A stretch of DNA of 64,000 nt from Octopus vulgaris (GCA_951406725.2 OX597814.1:38440001-38504000), one strand, 5' to 3'; shown: positions 12,582 to 28,178, counted from the stretch's first letter. Notes: generated by a model not told the origin, from the letters alone. Numbers and translations are program-made.

Positions 12582-13199
12582 TATATTTTATTATGTGTAT
12601 CTTTCGATATTTGAAAACATCTGTACGAGTTAGGTCTCCACGTGCATAATCTTTATCCAATCAGCTTTCAATATATTGGTTAATCAGCGAATATGCTTTG
12701 CAATGTTGCAACTTATGTTATACAGAGCATATCGCGTGTAAACTTCACATAGACAGCAATATGAATATTTAGTTTCTACAAACGTTTCACAATTGCAGTT
12801 ATGAGGAATACCCCATTGGATGCTCCAAGAGTATTTTGGGTGCCGAATCACAATAGATCTGCTAGGGAACACCCGCCCTGCGCGTCAATTCAGATATTGT
12901 GTCTTTGTAACAGAATGCAATATAAGGAGTCCGTGACCTAGAAATTAAATAATTTCGCTACTGTTTATCATATCTTTTAATATATACTGAGACACACACA
13001 CACACACATACGCAAACACACGCGCACACACATATATACATACACACACACATGCACACACTCCTATATATACACATTTATATATTTATATGCATTTTTA
13101 TGTATACGTGTGTTGTGTGTGTATGTGAGAGCAAGAGCATGTTTTTTAGTGCGGTTGAGGTACATAAAACTACGGTAATGCGAAGTGTACACGATTTTT

Positions 13200-14190
13200 A
13201 TTAAAGAACATGAGTCTTGCAAATTTCACATGCGTTTAGAGAAACACTGTCGAAGATAGAACATGCAGGACAAACATAATATCTCAATAATTGCCTTATT
13301 ATAGTTGCTAACAAAAACACAAACGTGAGAAAATAACGAATCATTTTCTCTCCAAATATTCCAACAGGTGTTTGTTATTCATAAATCAGTTATAATTGAG
13401 ACAGTTTGCTGGAAAATTTAATCTATTTTAGTGTGAATACTATCTTTCTCAGAAATCTTATGCCTCTGATCGACATTGCCAATATTTTTGATTAGTTGAG
13501 ATGGAAAAAAAGATTTTTAGTGGCGAATCGTCCAAAACAAACTGAAAAGAGATCCTTCTATTTAATGCATAACAAAAGATATCATTCAGCCGTTCATTAT
13601 TAAGAAACGAACTGAAAAGTTCAGGTAATGAAGAAAATGGAATTGAGATCTTTATCAAGGAACTTGTGATTCTGCTTCAAAAAATGAATTGCACATGAAA
13701 TAGTGAATTGAAATGGTTAAAGTATCAAAGTATTTCTAATGTCATACGATAGTATCCAGAATTGATTGTAGTATATTTTTATTTTAGTCATAAATAGCTA
13801 TGAATCTTTGATCTTAACATAAAAGATCATACGCGAGGAGTTAAACAGAAGCTGGAGTGCATATTTTCCCACTAACTTCACATGAGAACTGATGTTCTTT
13901 ATGTGTCTAAGTGTGCATATCTCCTGTGAATATATTGATTCCTTCTAGTCGGAAGCACAAGTTGGTGGACATAGTGGATTTCGGGTGTGATAGTTCTCTT
14001 TCAAATGAAGATTAATTAACCACCAATGATCATTTATCTGCATAAAGAAAAAGAGACAGTGTGTTCATGAGCATTTAGTTCCAAAAGCCTCACATTTACA
14101 CTCATATCATTTGTGTAAAACTGATAGTCTGCTGGTTTGATGAATATATATTTTTAGATAATTTTGAAAATGGATTGAATGTTGAATTTA
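13200..14190 (+). mobile_element. Highly decayed DNA-transposase remnant, possibly hAT
   Basis: Broken frames resemble hAT blocks: DGKK.FSGESS.QNKLKRDP.YL (DGA..MSG..VQ..LK..P-like) and ELKWLKY..SNVIR.YPELIVVYF (TRWLS-like). No TIRs found. Confidence 0.3.
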
Positions 14191-14489
14191 TAATTATATA
14201 TATTTTATTTGCTTGAATATATTTTATTCCATATATTTAATAAAAATTATATATAATCGCGTTGTGGATATATTTCTTCATGCCTTATAGATATAAATAA
14301 GTACTCTAAGGAGATGCTAATTGGCGAGACGGTTGAAAGCACACATACAGCAACCGTTATAAAGTATTTAATGCTAGAAGGCGTCTAGCGGTAGAGCAAC
14401 TAAAGAAAAACCGAAGGAATTCAAATCAGGATTGTTACAATTTTTCTTCCCAATTGTTAGAAAAAACTATTTAATTAAAGTAAAAATTC

Positions 14490-15260
14490 CTTTAACATAA
14501 CTATTATTAATTTCGAAGAACGCTAGAGAGAAGTTGAGAAAAGCAGATCGAGAAGCTGAAAGTCAAAATAGAGTGAGATATTGTACAAGAAAAAACAGGT
14601 TTTAGATAGGGAAAAGAAACCAAAGATATATCTGTGATATTAGGAAATATTTTATACAGTTTAATAATGTGAAGGTAATGTGGGTAGTTTAAAGTATTTT
14701 GGTGTTGTGAAGAGAAGACAATAAACATATTCGGAAAACGCATCTGGAGAATATAGTACTCAATTAAATGGATATATCTGCAAATATTTCGTGAAGGGAG
14801 CAATTTGAAATTGGATGTAGTTAAGAAATATCACTATAATTAGACGAGGGTTATTAAGAATATGTATTTAATTAGAAATAATACAAGGCAGTTAATGATC
14901 CCTTAATGTTTTGTTAAAAACATCATTTAGAATTTTTATTTCGCTTTCTTACACTATGTATGCTGAATTAACATTAACAATATCGTTATAGATCGATAAG
15001 TATCTACACGGGAACAGATTATTCTATACTTGGAACAGATTATTTATGAGAAATATTCTTGAATAAGGGAGTATATATTTTTTGTGTAAACAAGATAGTT
15101 AAAATGGTCATTAGTAGATATATTACAATGCATACTAGATATTGAATTACTCAGAATAGTTAAGATGGACTGATTTCTGCATAAATGTATAATATGTTTA
15201 TCAATTTTATTAAAAAATAACAAGTACAAATATATATGGAATTTAGAAAATAACCGTGTT
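14490..15260 (-). mobile_element. Decayed Penelope-like element (RT N-terminal part)
   Basis: Minus-strand fragments TKNIYSL, FLNNPRLI and TISHSIL resemble the PLE RT motifs DKT.N.Y, NF.NNP..RLINP and FYPSI. Many disruptions. Confidence 0.4.
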
Positions 15261-16751
15261 AAAATTTAAGTAGAAACTGCAAGACATATGATGTCAATAA
15301 TTCGCTTACTGGAGAGATTTTCACGCCTTAAAATAAACGATTCATAACAGCAGAGTGTTATCTATCATTGTGTATCATATGTAATACATTCACTATGATT
15401 ACTACCAAAACCTCGTGGTCAAAGTCTTATATAATCGTTGATTCCTCTTTTGTGCAATCAGCCATTTTAATACAAATAAACTTCAAAATAGTTAAACTGC
15501 TAAACTCTATTGTAAAAACAGCCGTAAATAATTTAATTAGCAATATAAGTACTTTTGTATTATTAGCCAAAACATATGTAATAATCTACTAAATGTAATA
15601 TAATCAGTAGCATTTGCGAATTCTACAAATATTTCAAATATGGGGATTTAGTGAAATAAATGCAATATTAACATAAATCTTACAGTCCGAACTGGATTTT
15701 CTACCACTGTTTTTGCTTCAGTATATTTTATATAAAACCTATGTAAATAGGTTTAGGTTTGGAATAAATCATTTAAGGAAAAATTTATTAATTTTAGAAA
15801 ACAATCAATAAAGTAAGTTCATATTACTGCTATAGACGCAATAGTTTCATAATCACAACTGAAACAAAAAAGTAATAATCGCACGATCAACCCTGGTATC
15901 GACAGTTTTCGTTTATGCTCTATAAGGAAAGTAATTAAAATAATTTTAATAACAATTTTCAAAAATGATATACATGAACATTTCATCTTCTGAAATATCT
16001 AACGTGTAAATAAATATTTTTATTTTCAATGTGCAAAATTAATTACATTAGCTTTGACATCTATTATGAAGACAGTTAGCAACGAATAATCGTAGGATAA
16101 TATTGATTCATAACATTTGTATTTGCTCTAAACCTTTGCAGAAATTCCCGCAAAGTTTTAAGGACTTCTTGTTCTTTAATCTTTATTCGGGAAAGAGTTT
16201 CTAAATATCCCATTTTTGTTTACATGTTTCAATTATTTACATACCCATGTTCCGCACCTCATTACGCTGTCGACAAACTCACACACACACACACACATCA
16301 TTGGGTACCTTATTATCAATACACTATATTACAAAAATATTCTCTCTCTATCTTATCGTTATTCTTCAAATTCTCAATACGTTATTTTAGGCGAAATATC
16401 GGGACCATTTAAAAAGTAACTTTCACTGTCGTCATTCATGTTTTGTTGCTTATACTTCCACACGAATTACTGTAAACTTTTAACATCTTTTTTCCAAAAT
16501 GCTGCAGTATATATCGGCAGGCTATATCACAACTGACTGGTCTCAAATATTTCTGGTCTATTCTGTCTAATGCTTTCAACAACGCCATTTGCAAAAATCG
16601 AACTGACTCAAATAAAACTAAATAATACGTAAATTGTATGTGATCCAATAATCAAACTAGTAATATTTTTTTGTTTATATATTCAGCATTCGTGCGTTAA
16701 GTGCACTCTCTATCGTACTAGATTAAAACTAAATAACTAAATGTGCAACAG

Positions 16752-16800
<49 letters not shown>

Positions 16801-16870
16801 ATATACATATACATAAATATATGTATATATATGTATATGTATATATATATGTATATAAACATATACATAT

Positions 16871-16975
<105 letters not shown>

Positions 16976-17149
16976 ATATTACATGCGTGCGTATGTGTTT
17001 GTGTATGTTTGGGTATCATATCAAGTAATATCTTGACGGTAAGTGTATTGGTATAATGAACCACACATAATATGGATGAACCCTGTTGAAAAAAAATAAT
17101 ATAATACAATATGATATTGGTTTCAATCGAATTCATTAGGGCGCACAAT

Positions 17150-17480
17150 TGGATGGTTTGAATCTTGTCGGTTGAATGGAACCTACTATTCGATTGTGTC
17201 TTATTTTATCGACTCCCAGAGGATGATTATCGAAGTTTAATTCTTCGCTATATGAAGCAAATATGAAGAAGCGTAAAATCTGACTCTTTTTCGTATATGT
17301 GTAAGCGTCACCAACGTTTCGTAAATGATGCGTATAGCCGAATTACTGGAGTGTTGGATATGACTGCCACTTATTTTATTGATCCCCAAAAGATAACCGG
17401 TTAAGATGAGTGATGCGGAATTTAAAATGAGAAAGTAAAAGGGCGAAACTAAATAATACTATGCATATGATCTGACACAC
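17150..17480 (-). mobile_element. Degraded SINE family A copies (minus strand)
   Basis: TTATTTTATCGACTCCCAGAGGATGA and CTTATTTTATTGATCCCCAAAAGAT are the reverse complement of the SINE A core (TCATCCTTTCGGGGTCGATAAAATAAG). Confidence 0.55.
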
Positions 17481-19855
17481 TTGTTCCCACACAACCAACC
17501 CCATTCACACACCAAAATATTGATAAAATAGCTTAAGTTATTGCTAGCAATAACGTTTTTTTGTGTTTATTTCGTGATCCAATAAACTTACCATAAACGC
17601 GCTGGTATTAATATATTTCTTCTGATCTTGGAAACGAAAGATCCCTGAGACCAGTTATCCATTGAACGTCTACTCCAGTGCCTCTCTGCTTTTGTCTTCC
17701 TTTATATGTGTCTGTGCTTAATTTGCAATATCGCATTCAAGTGATCGTTTCGATATGAAAGTCTCATTAATGCTTGCAAATATTATCTACCGATATCACC
17801 AAAAGAAAAGAAGGCAAACGAAAAAAATATATGTAATAATAACATTTCTGTGAAAAGATGCGAGGAGAAGAGAACATCAAAGAATGTTCATCTTTCAATA
17901 CTGACGAAATATATTGATCTTAATTCTTATATATGTTTTTATTGCTTCAGATTCTTTTTATCGCCGAATTTCTTTGTCATTTTGCGAATAATTCACACGT
18001 TATTCCTTCCTTTCTATTCCTCAACCAATGCAGTGCCGCTTCTACACGTGCAAAGCTATATAGGTACGCACTATATAGCTGTGGTATAATTTTTATTAAA
18101 TTTTCCTTGACTACATAGTTATGACTTTGGCATTCTTTGTGATACTCACGCAGAGTAGATCTTTTGTTTATTGTCTCTAGACTTCTTGATTAATAATAAG
18201 CTCTAAAAGAAAGAATATCCTCATATGCCTATCAAATATATATTTTAACCATTTTATGACAATTCCATAAAGGATGTGTAGGTATGTTTCGATTCTTCTA
18301 ATAATTTTGTGGCTTCTTTACAGTAAACACAAAGACAATTTTAGCTCAAGGAAATGGTTAGGTAACCGCTGATGTAATGTATTACTGGTGTTTCTTTTTG
18401 TAAAGAATTTAGAGCAAACTCGTGTAGAATTGAGATTCCATGGAAAAATTAAAGTGCAATGGAAATGATGATGTTACATAATTGTAGATAAAACGTATAA
18501 TTTTTTTAAAAGGTGTCTGAAAATTCAGCTGACTTATCTCATAAACTTTGCTTAATACAACAGGTATTAACAGACATATACATACACTTATGCACATCGG
18601 AAAATTGATGGCTCTATAAGGCAGGTCATTATACAATATCTACGAACATTGGGGTTTCAAACTAATATACATTGGTGATTACACGCATGATATGAAGCTT
18701 CACTGCTCAAGCATTCCGATTACATTATTAGTTAATGATTTGATAGGAATATGTATATTATAACATTTATATTTTCCTAAACATTCCAACTGTATATGAA
18801 ATGATGTTTTGGCACTAGTGGAATAGTTTTATGTTTTTATAGAAAATTGGATGAACCAAGATCACGGCAATAATTGAAGGTACAAGTTTAATTTTAAGTA
18901 GCATCCTTTATTGCATGTTGTAAACGTAGATATCATTGTGGAACGAAAACATTTTGTTCTTATAATTATCTGAAACAAAATAAATGGCTCCAAAATTTTC
19001 AAAATCGAGCTAAAGTATTTTGCCCTTTGAGATAAAGGAAGAGAATACGTAATCATGCAAATTTGAATTGCACTAAGATTAAATTTGTGTCACTTGCATA
19101 CAGAAAGCTATACGTAAATGATAAACGAAAAGGATAAAGCCGACACATTGCAAATATTTGCTGCTTTGCAACATAGATTGCCGAATTTATATACACAAGA
19201 CTTTCAAGACTGTAATGCACAAGTATACAATAATATATATCTACTATACAGTTATATATATTGTGCATAAATTTTAATCTGCAATTCAGATATAAATGTT
19301 CATGGAGACTGAAATAGCAACATAGAAGTTTGGATAAAGCACAAACTCAATGAATCAAATAAGAAAATGAAAAATTATATTTTATGTTTTAACATGATTT
19401 GTACAAATAAACCAGTGCGTAACAAAATTTAAAACAAAAATATAATCGATGAATGAGGAAATACCTTCATTTTAAATCATTATTTTTAATTAAACCTCAT
19501 TTCATTTCTGTTCCTTTGTCTTTAAAGCATTTTAAAATAACTTTTTTCGCCTCTTGATTCAGTTATTTCTGCTTGAACAGCTAATAAAAATGAATCAATA
19601 ACAATTTGCTAGTTCAATAAAGAAACATCTAAAAATGAAAGTAAAAACAAATTTGTACATGTGTGAGCTGAAAAATAGAAAAATTGAGTCATAACGTTAA
19701 TTGAACGGGGGACAGAAATAGTAATGGTTCTCAACAATTTCTTAGCGTTCTCCTCATTTAGACGTAACTTTGGTCAACAAGGCAAATCTCATCACGCACG
19801 CATATGATAGATTTGCACTCTCCCTATCTCTACTCAAATATCACTTATACTTTCC

Positions 19856-19924
<69 letters not shown>

Positions 19925-20215
19925 GAGATAGAGAGATAGATACATAGATACATAGATACATAGATACATAGATACATACACAAATACTCACCCACACACA
20001 CACTCATATATAATCACACACTGTTATATATCTATACACGTAAACGTACATATATGTGTATATAAGAGTAATACACTGAGGGAAAACCACTAAGTGTTTT
20101 TCCATCACGCTAGAAATGTCAGTTAAATAGATAAATGTACATATGTATCTAAGTTTACATATGTGTATATAGTTGTACAAATAGAAATGAATTTATACAT
20201 ATATGTTTGTCTCAC

Positions 20216-20264
<49 letters not shown>

Positions 20265-20636
20265 TATATGGGTCGTTATTAATTTGAAATTGGAGTCGTT
20301 ATTGCATTTCTCTAAAAAAGTTTCTTATACTATGAAGAAACGTTCAGAAATTCAGTGTATATTTCCACGGAAACATTTTATGTGTACGTTTTGCACCTTC
20401 ACGATATTACACATGAATTCAGATGAAATTTACTATTTCATAATTTTCATTTAAACTTGTCAAATAGATTAACTATATAACCTCTGCCAAAAATTCTCAC
20501 CCGTATTTTATCAAATGAAATTTCCCCATATCGCACGATAAAATTTAGTAATGATTTGATTCTATTCCACACCCATATAACAATAGCGTGTTTAAAAGAT
20601 ACTCATCCATCAACCCTCTCTGTCTTCGTGTCTCTT

Positions 20637-20692
<56 letters not shown>

Positions 20693-23600
20693 CATTCACA
20701 TATATATATACATATATACATCCGTACGCACACATGCACACACACACACATTCACATATATATATACATATATATATATAGTTGTATGCATACATTTTGT
20801 GTGTGTGTGCATGTTTATTTCCAGATACATGCCATTTCAGTGTAACTATATTGTTGCCAGCCATTCCATAGGATTTGCTTTTCTAAATCGCGGTAATGTC
20901 GGTAACTTTAGAAAACGAAATGAGCAAAATCGTGCCAAGTGAACCAAAATATGTTTCTGAAGTAATTCAATTTAAAACCATGGCAACATTCCAATTCATA
21001 ACATTTGTTTCAAAGTGAAGAAAAGCATTTTATGTCTTTCAAATTTTGAGTGCGTTGAATACGTTGTGTATCGCATAAGAGCTAACAAGAGGAAACGTAA
21101 ACTTCTTTCATCATATCGCCAGGAATGTATTGTACAAACAAATGGTTAATATGCGTATACTGAATGCAGTAAATCATAATACTAAATGAAAAAATTAATC
21201 TTCTGTTATATGGAGGCTCTCATATAGTTTCAGCTGACGCCCTATAATTACATTCTCCTTATGAAATTTTTCTAGTTTGAAAAGCTTTTGTAAAACATTA
21301 ACTTGTATACGATTTAATTTTCATGGTTGTAAAATAATAAAACATAAAGATATGCATTATGTTGTACCGACTGTATAAAATGTCCTTGTCAGTTTGAAGT
21401 GGACAATAGGTACATTATAATGCTCACAATCTCCAAATCTCATCCGCCTGTTTTCAAAGAGAAAGAGAGAGAAAGGAGGAGGAGGGGTGTGTGGGTGCAC
21501 GCGCGACAGAGCGAGAGAAATAAACAAAGATACAGACAAGCAGGTAGACAGGCAGTCTGTCAGGCAAACTGACACGCAGACAGACATATAGACAGGCAAA
21601 CATGCAGAGAGTCGGATACACGGCTTGTAGTGTAAGATGGACAGTCGACAACGAACATACAATAACCGACAAGTTGCATGCGTTTATATACAGCAAGAAA
21701 AATAATTTTAAATAATTTTAGATTACCAATTTTAGCGATATAGTGTCGATACCTTCAACGAGCTCTCTTTGTAGTTGTAATTAGAAAAACACTAAATTTC
21801 CGATGAGCAATATTAGAGGCATTTTCGCACACATTAATCTTGCATGGCATATATTAATCTAATCGAGACATTTATTCGAGATACATGTTGTACACTTAAT
21901 TGGAAATTCGCTTGAAGAGAGATCAAGATCAATAAATATGAAATGAAAAACTAGGGAGAAAGGATTTCTTTTCAAATATTATGATTATCTTTAAAATATT
22001 CTATATTGTTTCACCGGCAATTCGTTTTAGTGGGTGTTTAAGGGTAGGATATTATGAATTTACTATGAACAGCAATCGGCGAAGAGGGGGTTGAATATAA
22101 AGTTGAGTGTTGTAGGAAAGTGAAAATATTTTATATAGAAGAGGAATTTACCGAGGAAGTGAAAATGAATCCAGAGATTACATTGATTTCATTCAATTGC
22201 AGTGAAGGCGTTATGTTAGAAAATTTTTAATTAGCATGGAGCAATATATGCGAATTCATATTTATAAGTAAGGTTAAATTTATTCAAACTTTTATGACAA
22301 AAATATAAAGTTCAATTCATATTTCTAATACGCTAGACTTATACGTAATTTGATTCAACAAAAGCATGTCTACTGTGTCCTTCACCTCATAAGAAAGCGC
22401 CAAGGGATTACTAACATAACATTATTGTTTTTCATAGCTTTAAAATTATCTTCGTCTGTCATAAATGTAATGTCCGTTATCATGGACTACGTGGCAGGAT
22501 GATGTACGTAATAGGTTTAGACATCGATAATTAATGGGTTACGTAAGAAATGTGTAACAAATGTTTCGTTCGAAATGGAAATCAATTTAAAGAGTGCATA
22601 TATAGATGCTTACTTAGTATTGTTTTCTGATATAATTTTTCTTAGTTAATTCAAATTCACGAAAATGACATTACGAAAATTGTGAAATAACAGCAACTAT
22701 AGCAATAGGAAGGCAAATTTCAATTCACTGTTAATGAAACCATCCTGAGGATTTGCGTTGGAGCATTTAACTACAGTGTACATTTTACTTGGATGCGAAA
22801 GATATACATCTCGGTAATCTTAATGAATCGTTATATTTATGTCGAGTGAATCTAATCACTAGAGTTAGAGGTAGTTAAGCATTTGTTTCTAAAAAGTCCT
22901 TACTAATTTAAGCGTCACAGGACAGCACATTAGTAAAAAATTGATACAAACATTTTATACCTGAGGTACCAAGGCAATTTAGCTTAGTTTATTTGGTGCA
23001 ATATATTTACGCTTCATAATTTCCATCCCAGGCTTATGTCCTCCGGAATACATTTTGACAACAGAAAATTGTATTTGTGCATTTGAAAATGGTTTTGTTA
23101 GGTAGAGATGCGCTTTAGATTGTGTTTTTTGGAATTGTGTAGATTGAAAATATTTTTCGTTGGTGTCGATTAAAATCAATGTGAATTATGAATTATAATA
23201 TTGTTTGAAAATATTGTTTTGTTGCTGTTGGGATTTATGTTGAAATGTGGCGTAGTTTCACGTCGTGGTGGTGGTTAAAACTGTGCTGGAAAGGTAATTG
23301 GAACTGGAAACTGAAGTTATGTTGCAGCTTGAATCTGTCATGTAGCTTATTATGCTACATGTTGAATTGTAGTTCAGTTTCGTGTTTTGATGTGGACTGA
23401 AATTTGACTATATGGAAGTTGCAGTGAAAATGAAAGTTACAGCGCAGGTTATGCATTTTTTAATTTGTGATTGTACGCTGATGTTGAGGTGAACATGTGT
23501 TGCAGGCTGGGGTTTGCATTAAAACTGAGCTACAGGTCGTAGTCGCGACGGATGCCGAACTTTAATGCGAATAAGGTTAAATATATATATCTAGATACTC

Positions 23601-23845
23601 TTTGGGAATAATTGCATCGGAGGTGTGATCTAGAACGAAAATAATGGATGGAAAATGGTGTACTGATTCTTGACCTGATAATAATTAAATGGGCACTAAT
23701 AAAAAAAATAAATGATTTTCGAATCGCAATCATAAAAAAATATGGCCAAATGCACTCTCATATTACATGAAATAAACACGATTCATCTTTATTAAGCACA
23801 TCAAGAGGTATGATAGTTATACTTTTCAATATTACTGTAATAATT

Positions 23846-24057
23846 AAGGCGGCGAGCTGTCAGAATTGTTAACAAGGAAGGCAAAATGCCTAAATGGCAT
23901 TTCATCCGTCTTTACATTCTGAGATCAAATTCCGCCGCGGTCGACTTTGATTTTTATACTTTCAATTAAATAAAATAACTACCAGATTTGTACTGGGGTC
24001 GATGTAAACGACCTACAGCCTCGCGTGAAATTGTGGCTCAAGTGACAAAATATGAAA
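23846..24057 (+). mobile_element. tRNA-derived SINE family A with target-site duplication
   Basis: AAGGCGGCGAGCTGTCAGAATTGTTAAC head; GAGATCAAATTCCGCCGCGGTCGACTTTG; CTGGGGTCGATGTAA. Flanked by TCAATATTACTGTAATAATT / TCAATATTTTTGTAATAATT. Confidence 0.8.
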
Positions 24058-24977
24058 TCAATATTTTTGTAATAATTTTCTTTTCTTCATTATATGTGTG
24101 TGACCCGCTTTTAATGAGTTTGAATCAGGGTGATTAAATTTATGAAATATATTAATCTTATAAATTTCAAATAAAACACCCTTACAGCAAATCTATAACA
24201 CTTCTTTCGGTTGCTGAAGTTTATACTTCAATTGCTCACTACACTGACTACCTTGAACTGCAGAAGTATAAATTATCCTGATACAATAATCCTTTACCAT
24301 ATCGCGGTTCGTCTGTTTCGGTTTATTATTTAAGCTTACGTCGATTCTTCCGTGATGTTGATTTGCATTTATAATAAAATAGATATAGTCAAATTTTTAA
24401 AAAAATAAAGAAAATATACAGCACATTACTGTTTCTATTTCGCGGATATTCCCCTATCTCGTGAGATTTTGTAACATAACATCGCGATAGCTGAGGCATT
24501 ACTATACTCTTTATTCTTTCGTGGCGTTTATCGCAATGTGAATTTAATGAATTAAACATTGGAATAGTTGTAATGATTTCTACCGAGAAAAACAATCATC
24601 ATTGTATATGTTTGGTAATTTAAGGGTCTATGCAAATGTAGCGCGTAGTTGGCCCTACCAGAAACGTCTCTACGTTATTGTTATCAGCATTATGAATTTT
24701 CCACAAATAGGATTCCTATTTGTAGCTAGAACATCATTAATGTCATTCATATTTATCCCATAACTCTTGTATGCTTAAGAACATACAGGCACATAGAATC
24801 AATTAACTAATAATTACATATTATAATTGTTATATTTATATCCTCATAATTAATATTATCCATTTATTTCAGCTTATCTAAACAAAGTGCCTCCATGAAA
24901 TAACATGTAAATAATGAACAATTTAAATGATTTAGCATTCATATCTTTTATATTTTCGTATTATATGTAAATTAAAG

Positions 24978-25029
<52 letters not shown>

Positions 25030-26072
25030 GTTTTACACATCCATAGATTGGCATATCTGTTCATATTTACTTATATGTTTATGTATTTGTGTGTGTGAGT
25101 ATGTATGTATATGTATGCACATGTGTGTGTGTAATATATATTTTGTAATTACATCTATTGGCGAACTATGTATGTTGGAGAAGTATGCATACATAGCCAA
25201 ATCACTTATAGTCATGAGTTTATAAAAAGGAATTTTATAATTATTACTATTCCTATGCCGACAGCGTAAATTTTCACACCGTTTTATAATAAATACTTAA
25301 CATTAATTATATACAGAGAAAATTATATTTTCAGTTATATTCAATGAATATATGAACTATTAATAATTCGTCGTGTAATTGTATATTTTGTGTTGTAGTA
25401 GATTAATATAAATAATTAAAATAAACAAACAGTATGCACAATTTAATCCAAATTTTAAAGAATTAAAATCTTGCGATTTGAATTAAATCGTACAGTCTTT
25501 GAATTTCCCCATTTGTTTTATCACTCATATTAATAATTTAAACAATATTTACTATCCTAGAGAAAATAGATCAAAGTATATTATTATAATCGAATTATTC
25601 GTGTTTCGTTTGTTTGTTTATTTTAATTTATCTTCAATTTATATCGTCGTAAATATACTTAAAAACAAAACTGAATATATAAAAGAAACATATTTCTTAC
25701 TAACATAACGTGTCTGTAACATATGAAACTCTATCTGGTATATGTACTTCAGTTTAGAATACAATGGTTCCCACACTTAGATAACATTTTGAACCGAGAA
25801 AATTAGGATTTACACCTTTAGTATTATGTAAATAATATGGGCTATTTTGAATGAGGTTGTAATCAACATTACTGAGTGTTTTGCTTAAACAATATTTCGA
25901 AAAGCATTTTCACAAAATATACTATCAGCGGAAGTATACTTAGGATGAATGAATGTGTTCTAGTAGGTAACCCAGACACGGCCACAACTTCACACTTCCG
26001 CATACAAACATGCACACATATATACATATCCATACATTAAGTACTATAAATACATATCTTTATCCATACATT

Positions 26073-26117
<45 letters not shown>

Positions 26118-26311
26118 TGCTTTATGAGATGTTGAAATGTTCCAGGCTTTAAAAGTATCATGAAATCCAAACTTCTGGGTTCCTTTACAGGTTGTGAACA
26201 ACGCTGCTATAAGTGGGAGAATCTGAAGGGGAGATATCTTGAATAAAATCGTAATTAACTTATCTTCCTGTATTTTCTTTTATCCAGGGCCAGGAACTTT
26301 ACAGCAGCCCT

Positions 26312-26379
<68 letters not shown>

Positions 26380-26604
26380 TTATCAATGGATATGTGTATC
26401 GTTTCCCCTTTTACAATTAGCACGGAAAAAATACATAAACATTTACCAGGGCGGGAAAAAAATCACAATTTTTATATACTACACTTAACATACAAAATAA
26501 TTCGTACTTCCCATACCACAATCCATCGACCAATCTTAAGTATATTAGCAAATTTAGTAATGATTCTAGTGCAATGACTAAGCCGTTAGTTAATATTTCA
26601 TTTA

Positions 26605-26831
26605 GATTCTTTCATATTTTTAGTTGTTTCAGTCATTTGACTGTGGCCATGCTGGAGCAATACCTTTAGTCAAGCAAATCGATCCGAGGACTTCTTCTCT
26701 GGAAGCCTAATACTTATTATAATGGGTTCTTTTGCCGAACCGCTAAGTTACGGGGACGTAAACACACCATCATCGGTTGTCAAGCGATGTTGAGGGGATA
26801 AACACAGATAAACAAACGCATACACACATAC

Positions 26832-26864
<33 letters not shown>

Positions 26865-27030
26865 CAAGACGGGCTTTTTTTAGTTTCTCTCTACCAAATA
26901 CACTCAAAAGGCTTTATTCGACCCGAGGCTATAATAGAAGACACGTGCTAAAGGTGTCACACAGTGGTACTGAACCCGGAACCATGTGGACCATAAGCAA
27001 GCTACTTGCAACACAGCCACTCCTACGCCT
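26605..27030 (-). mobile_element. tRNA-derived SINE family B (internal TA/TG microsatellite)
   Basis: Minus strand: AGGCGTAGGAGTGGCTGTG..GGTTCCGGGTTCAGTACC head and TGCTCCAGCATGGCCACAGTCAAATGACTGAAAC tail. Homologous to copies at 38191 and 54570. Confidence 0.82.
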
Positions 27031-27034
27031 CTAA

Positions 27035-27900
27035 TTTATCTGATAATGTTGACATAATCAACGACAAGGCTGAATTTTATAACTCTGCTTTACTTAAAGT
27101 AGGCTATACAGTTAAAGTTACCAACATTAATTCCATTCAATCTTATTCTACCTTTAGTAATGGAGACATTAAATCTAGTTGTAAGGATATAAGGATATAT
27201 AATTTATTCGCCAACAGCACGCAGAGGAAGTTTTCTTTACAATGTAAGGGAGATAACCGGCTTTCTAAGCCTCTTTTTTACTTCTAAAGGTAAATCGATA
27301 TATTTTATTGATAATTACACTAAAAATAAGGCAACAAATAGTAAAACTATTTTGGTTGATTATTCTTTATGGGAGACAAATTAAATCAAATCTTTCATTC
27401 TAGTTTTGGGAAGTTATTATTAGGAATTTTCCAATGAATTCTAGGTATTACTATATTAGCAACTCTCACACGGTTAGGATTGGTTTTTGCAAACACAAAA
27501 AACCTTTCACAAATTAACTCCCCATATAATATTAGTCTATCAAATAAGAATCCAATTACTAATACTAACATTAATTTAGCTAATACTAGCCATCTCCCTA
27601 GAAATATTAGTAACAAAGTTATTGTCTATGAAGTCAATTCCAACAGAATTAAGTTTATGTCTAGTAATTCTAAGATTAAAAACTCTATATACTAGTGTAA
27701 AATTACTTCAGGTACCAATGACTTTTTCATATAGGTAGTTATTTTCAGTTATCTAAAATAATTTCTAATCATTATTCTACATTTAGGGATAGTAATAAAC
27801 GCAGCAGGCTACGGGTACATGCTGATATTTGCTCAAATTATAAAGAGGATTACACAATAACAAATTGAAAGTACAGTTCTATATTCAAGAGAAAAGGAAC
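27035..27900 (+). mobile_element. Penelope-like element remnant (RT thumb, linker, GIY-YIG endonuclease)
   Basis: DKAEFYNSALLKVGY; RNFPMNSRYYYISNSHTVRIGFANTKNLSQI (the PLE HFP..IFN..TVK.SYS..N motif); KNSIY*CKITSG...(Y)IG...ISNHYSTFRD (GIY-YIG). Stops and frameshifts throughout. Confidence 0.7.
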
Positions 27901-27904
27901 TATG

Positions 27905-28178
27905 TACCTTGCTTATATTTGACGGATATTTCTCCTTCTTTGTTGGTAGCACAACGTTTCGGGTGATATACTGTCCAGACTTCATCGGGTGTGTTGTGGA
28001 CATTTTGAATATGGGTTCTCATGCCTAAGGTATCATTATTCCACTGCCTGGAATCTAAATTGGGGTCTTGGGGTTAGCAGCCCTGGCTCTTAACCACTAC
28101 GTCCAGGGGCATATAACGCAGTGGTTAACAGTGCGGGCTGCTAACACCAAGTTTCCGAGTTCGATTCCAGGCAATGAC
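27905..28178. repeat. Head-to-head inverted repeat of a tRNA-like head + hammerhead-like module (left arm and centre)
   Basis: 28042-28102 is the reverse complement (~75%) of 28116-28176, which carries A-box-like TAACGCAGTGG, loop CTGCTAA and B-box GTTCGATTCC. 27915-28035 is the reverse complement of 31455-31578. Minus-strand hammerhead-like core ACAC-CCGATGA..GAAACGTT-GTG at 27950-27993. Confidence 0.8.

Noticed and set aside
28107-28178. Possible tRNA-Ser(GCT) gene
   Set aside because: Acceptor and anticodon stems do not pair properly, there is no long variable arm, and it is embedded in a repeat module. Treated as a tRNA-derived head.
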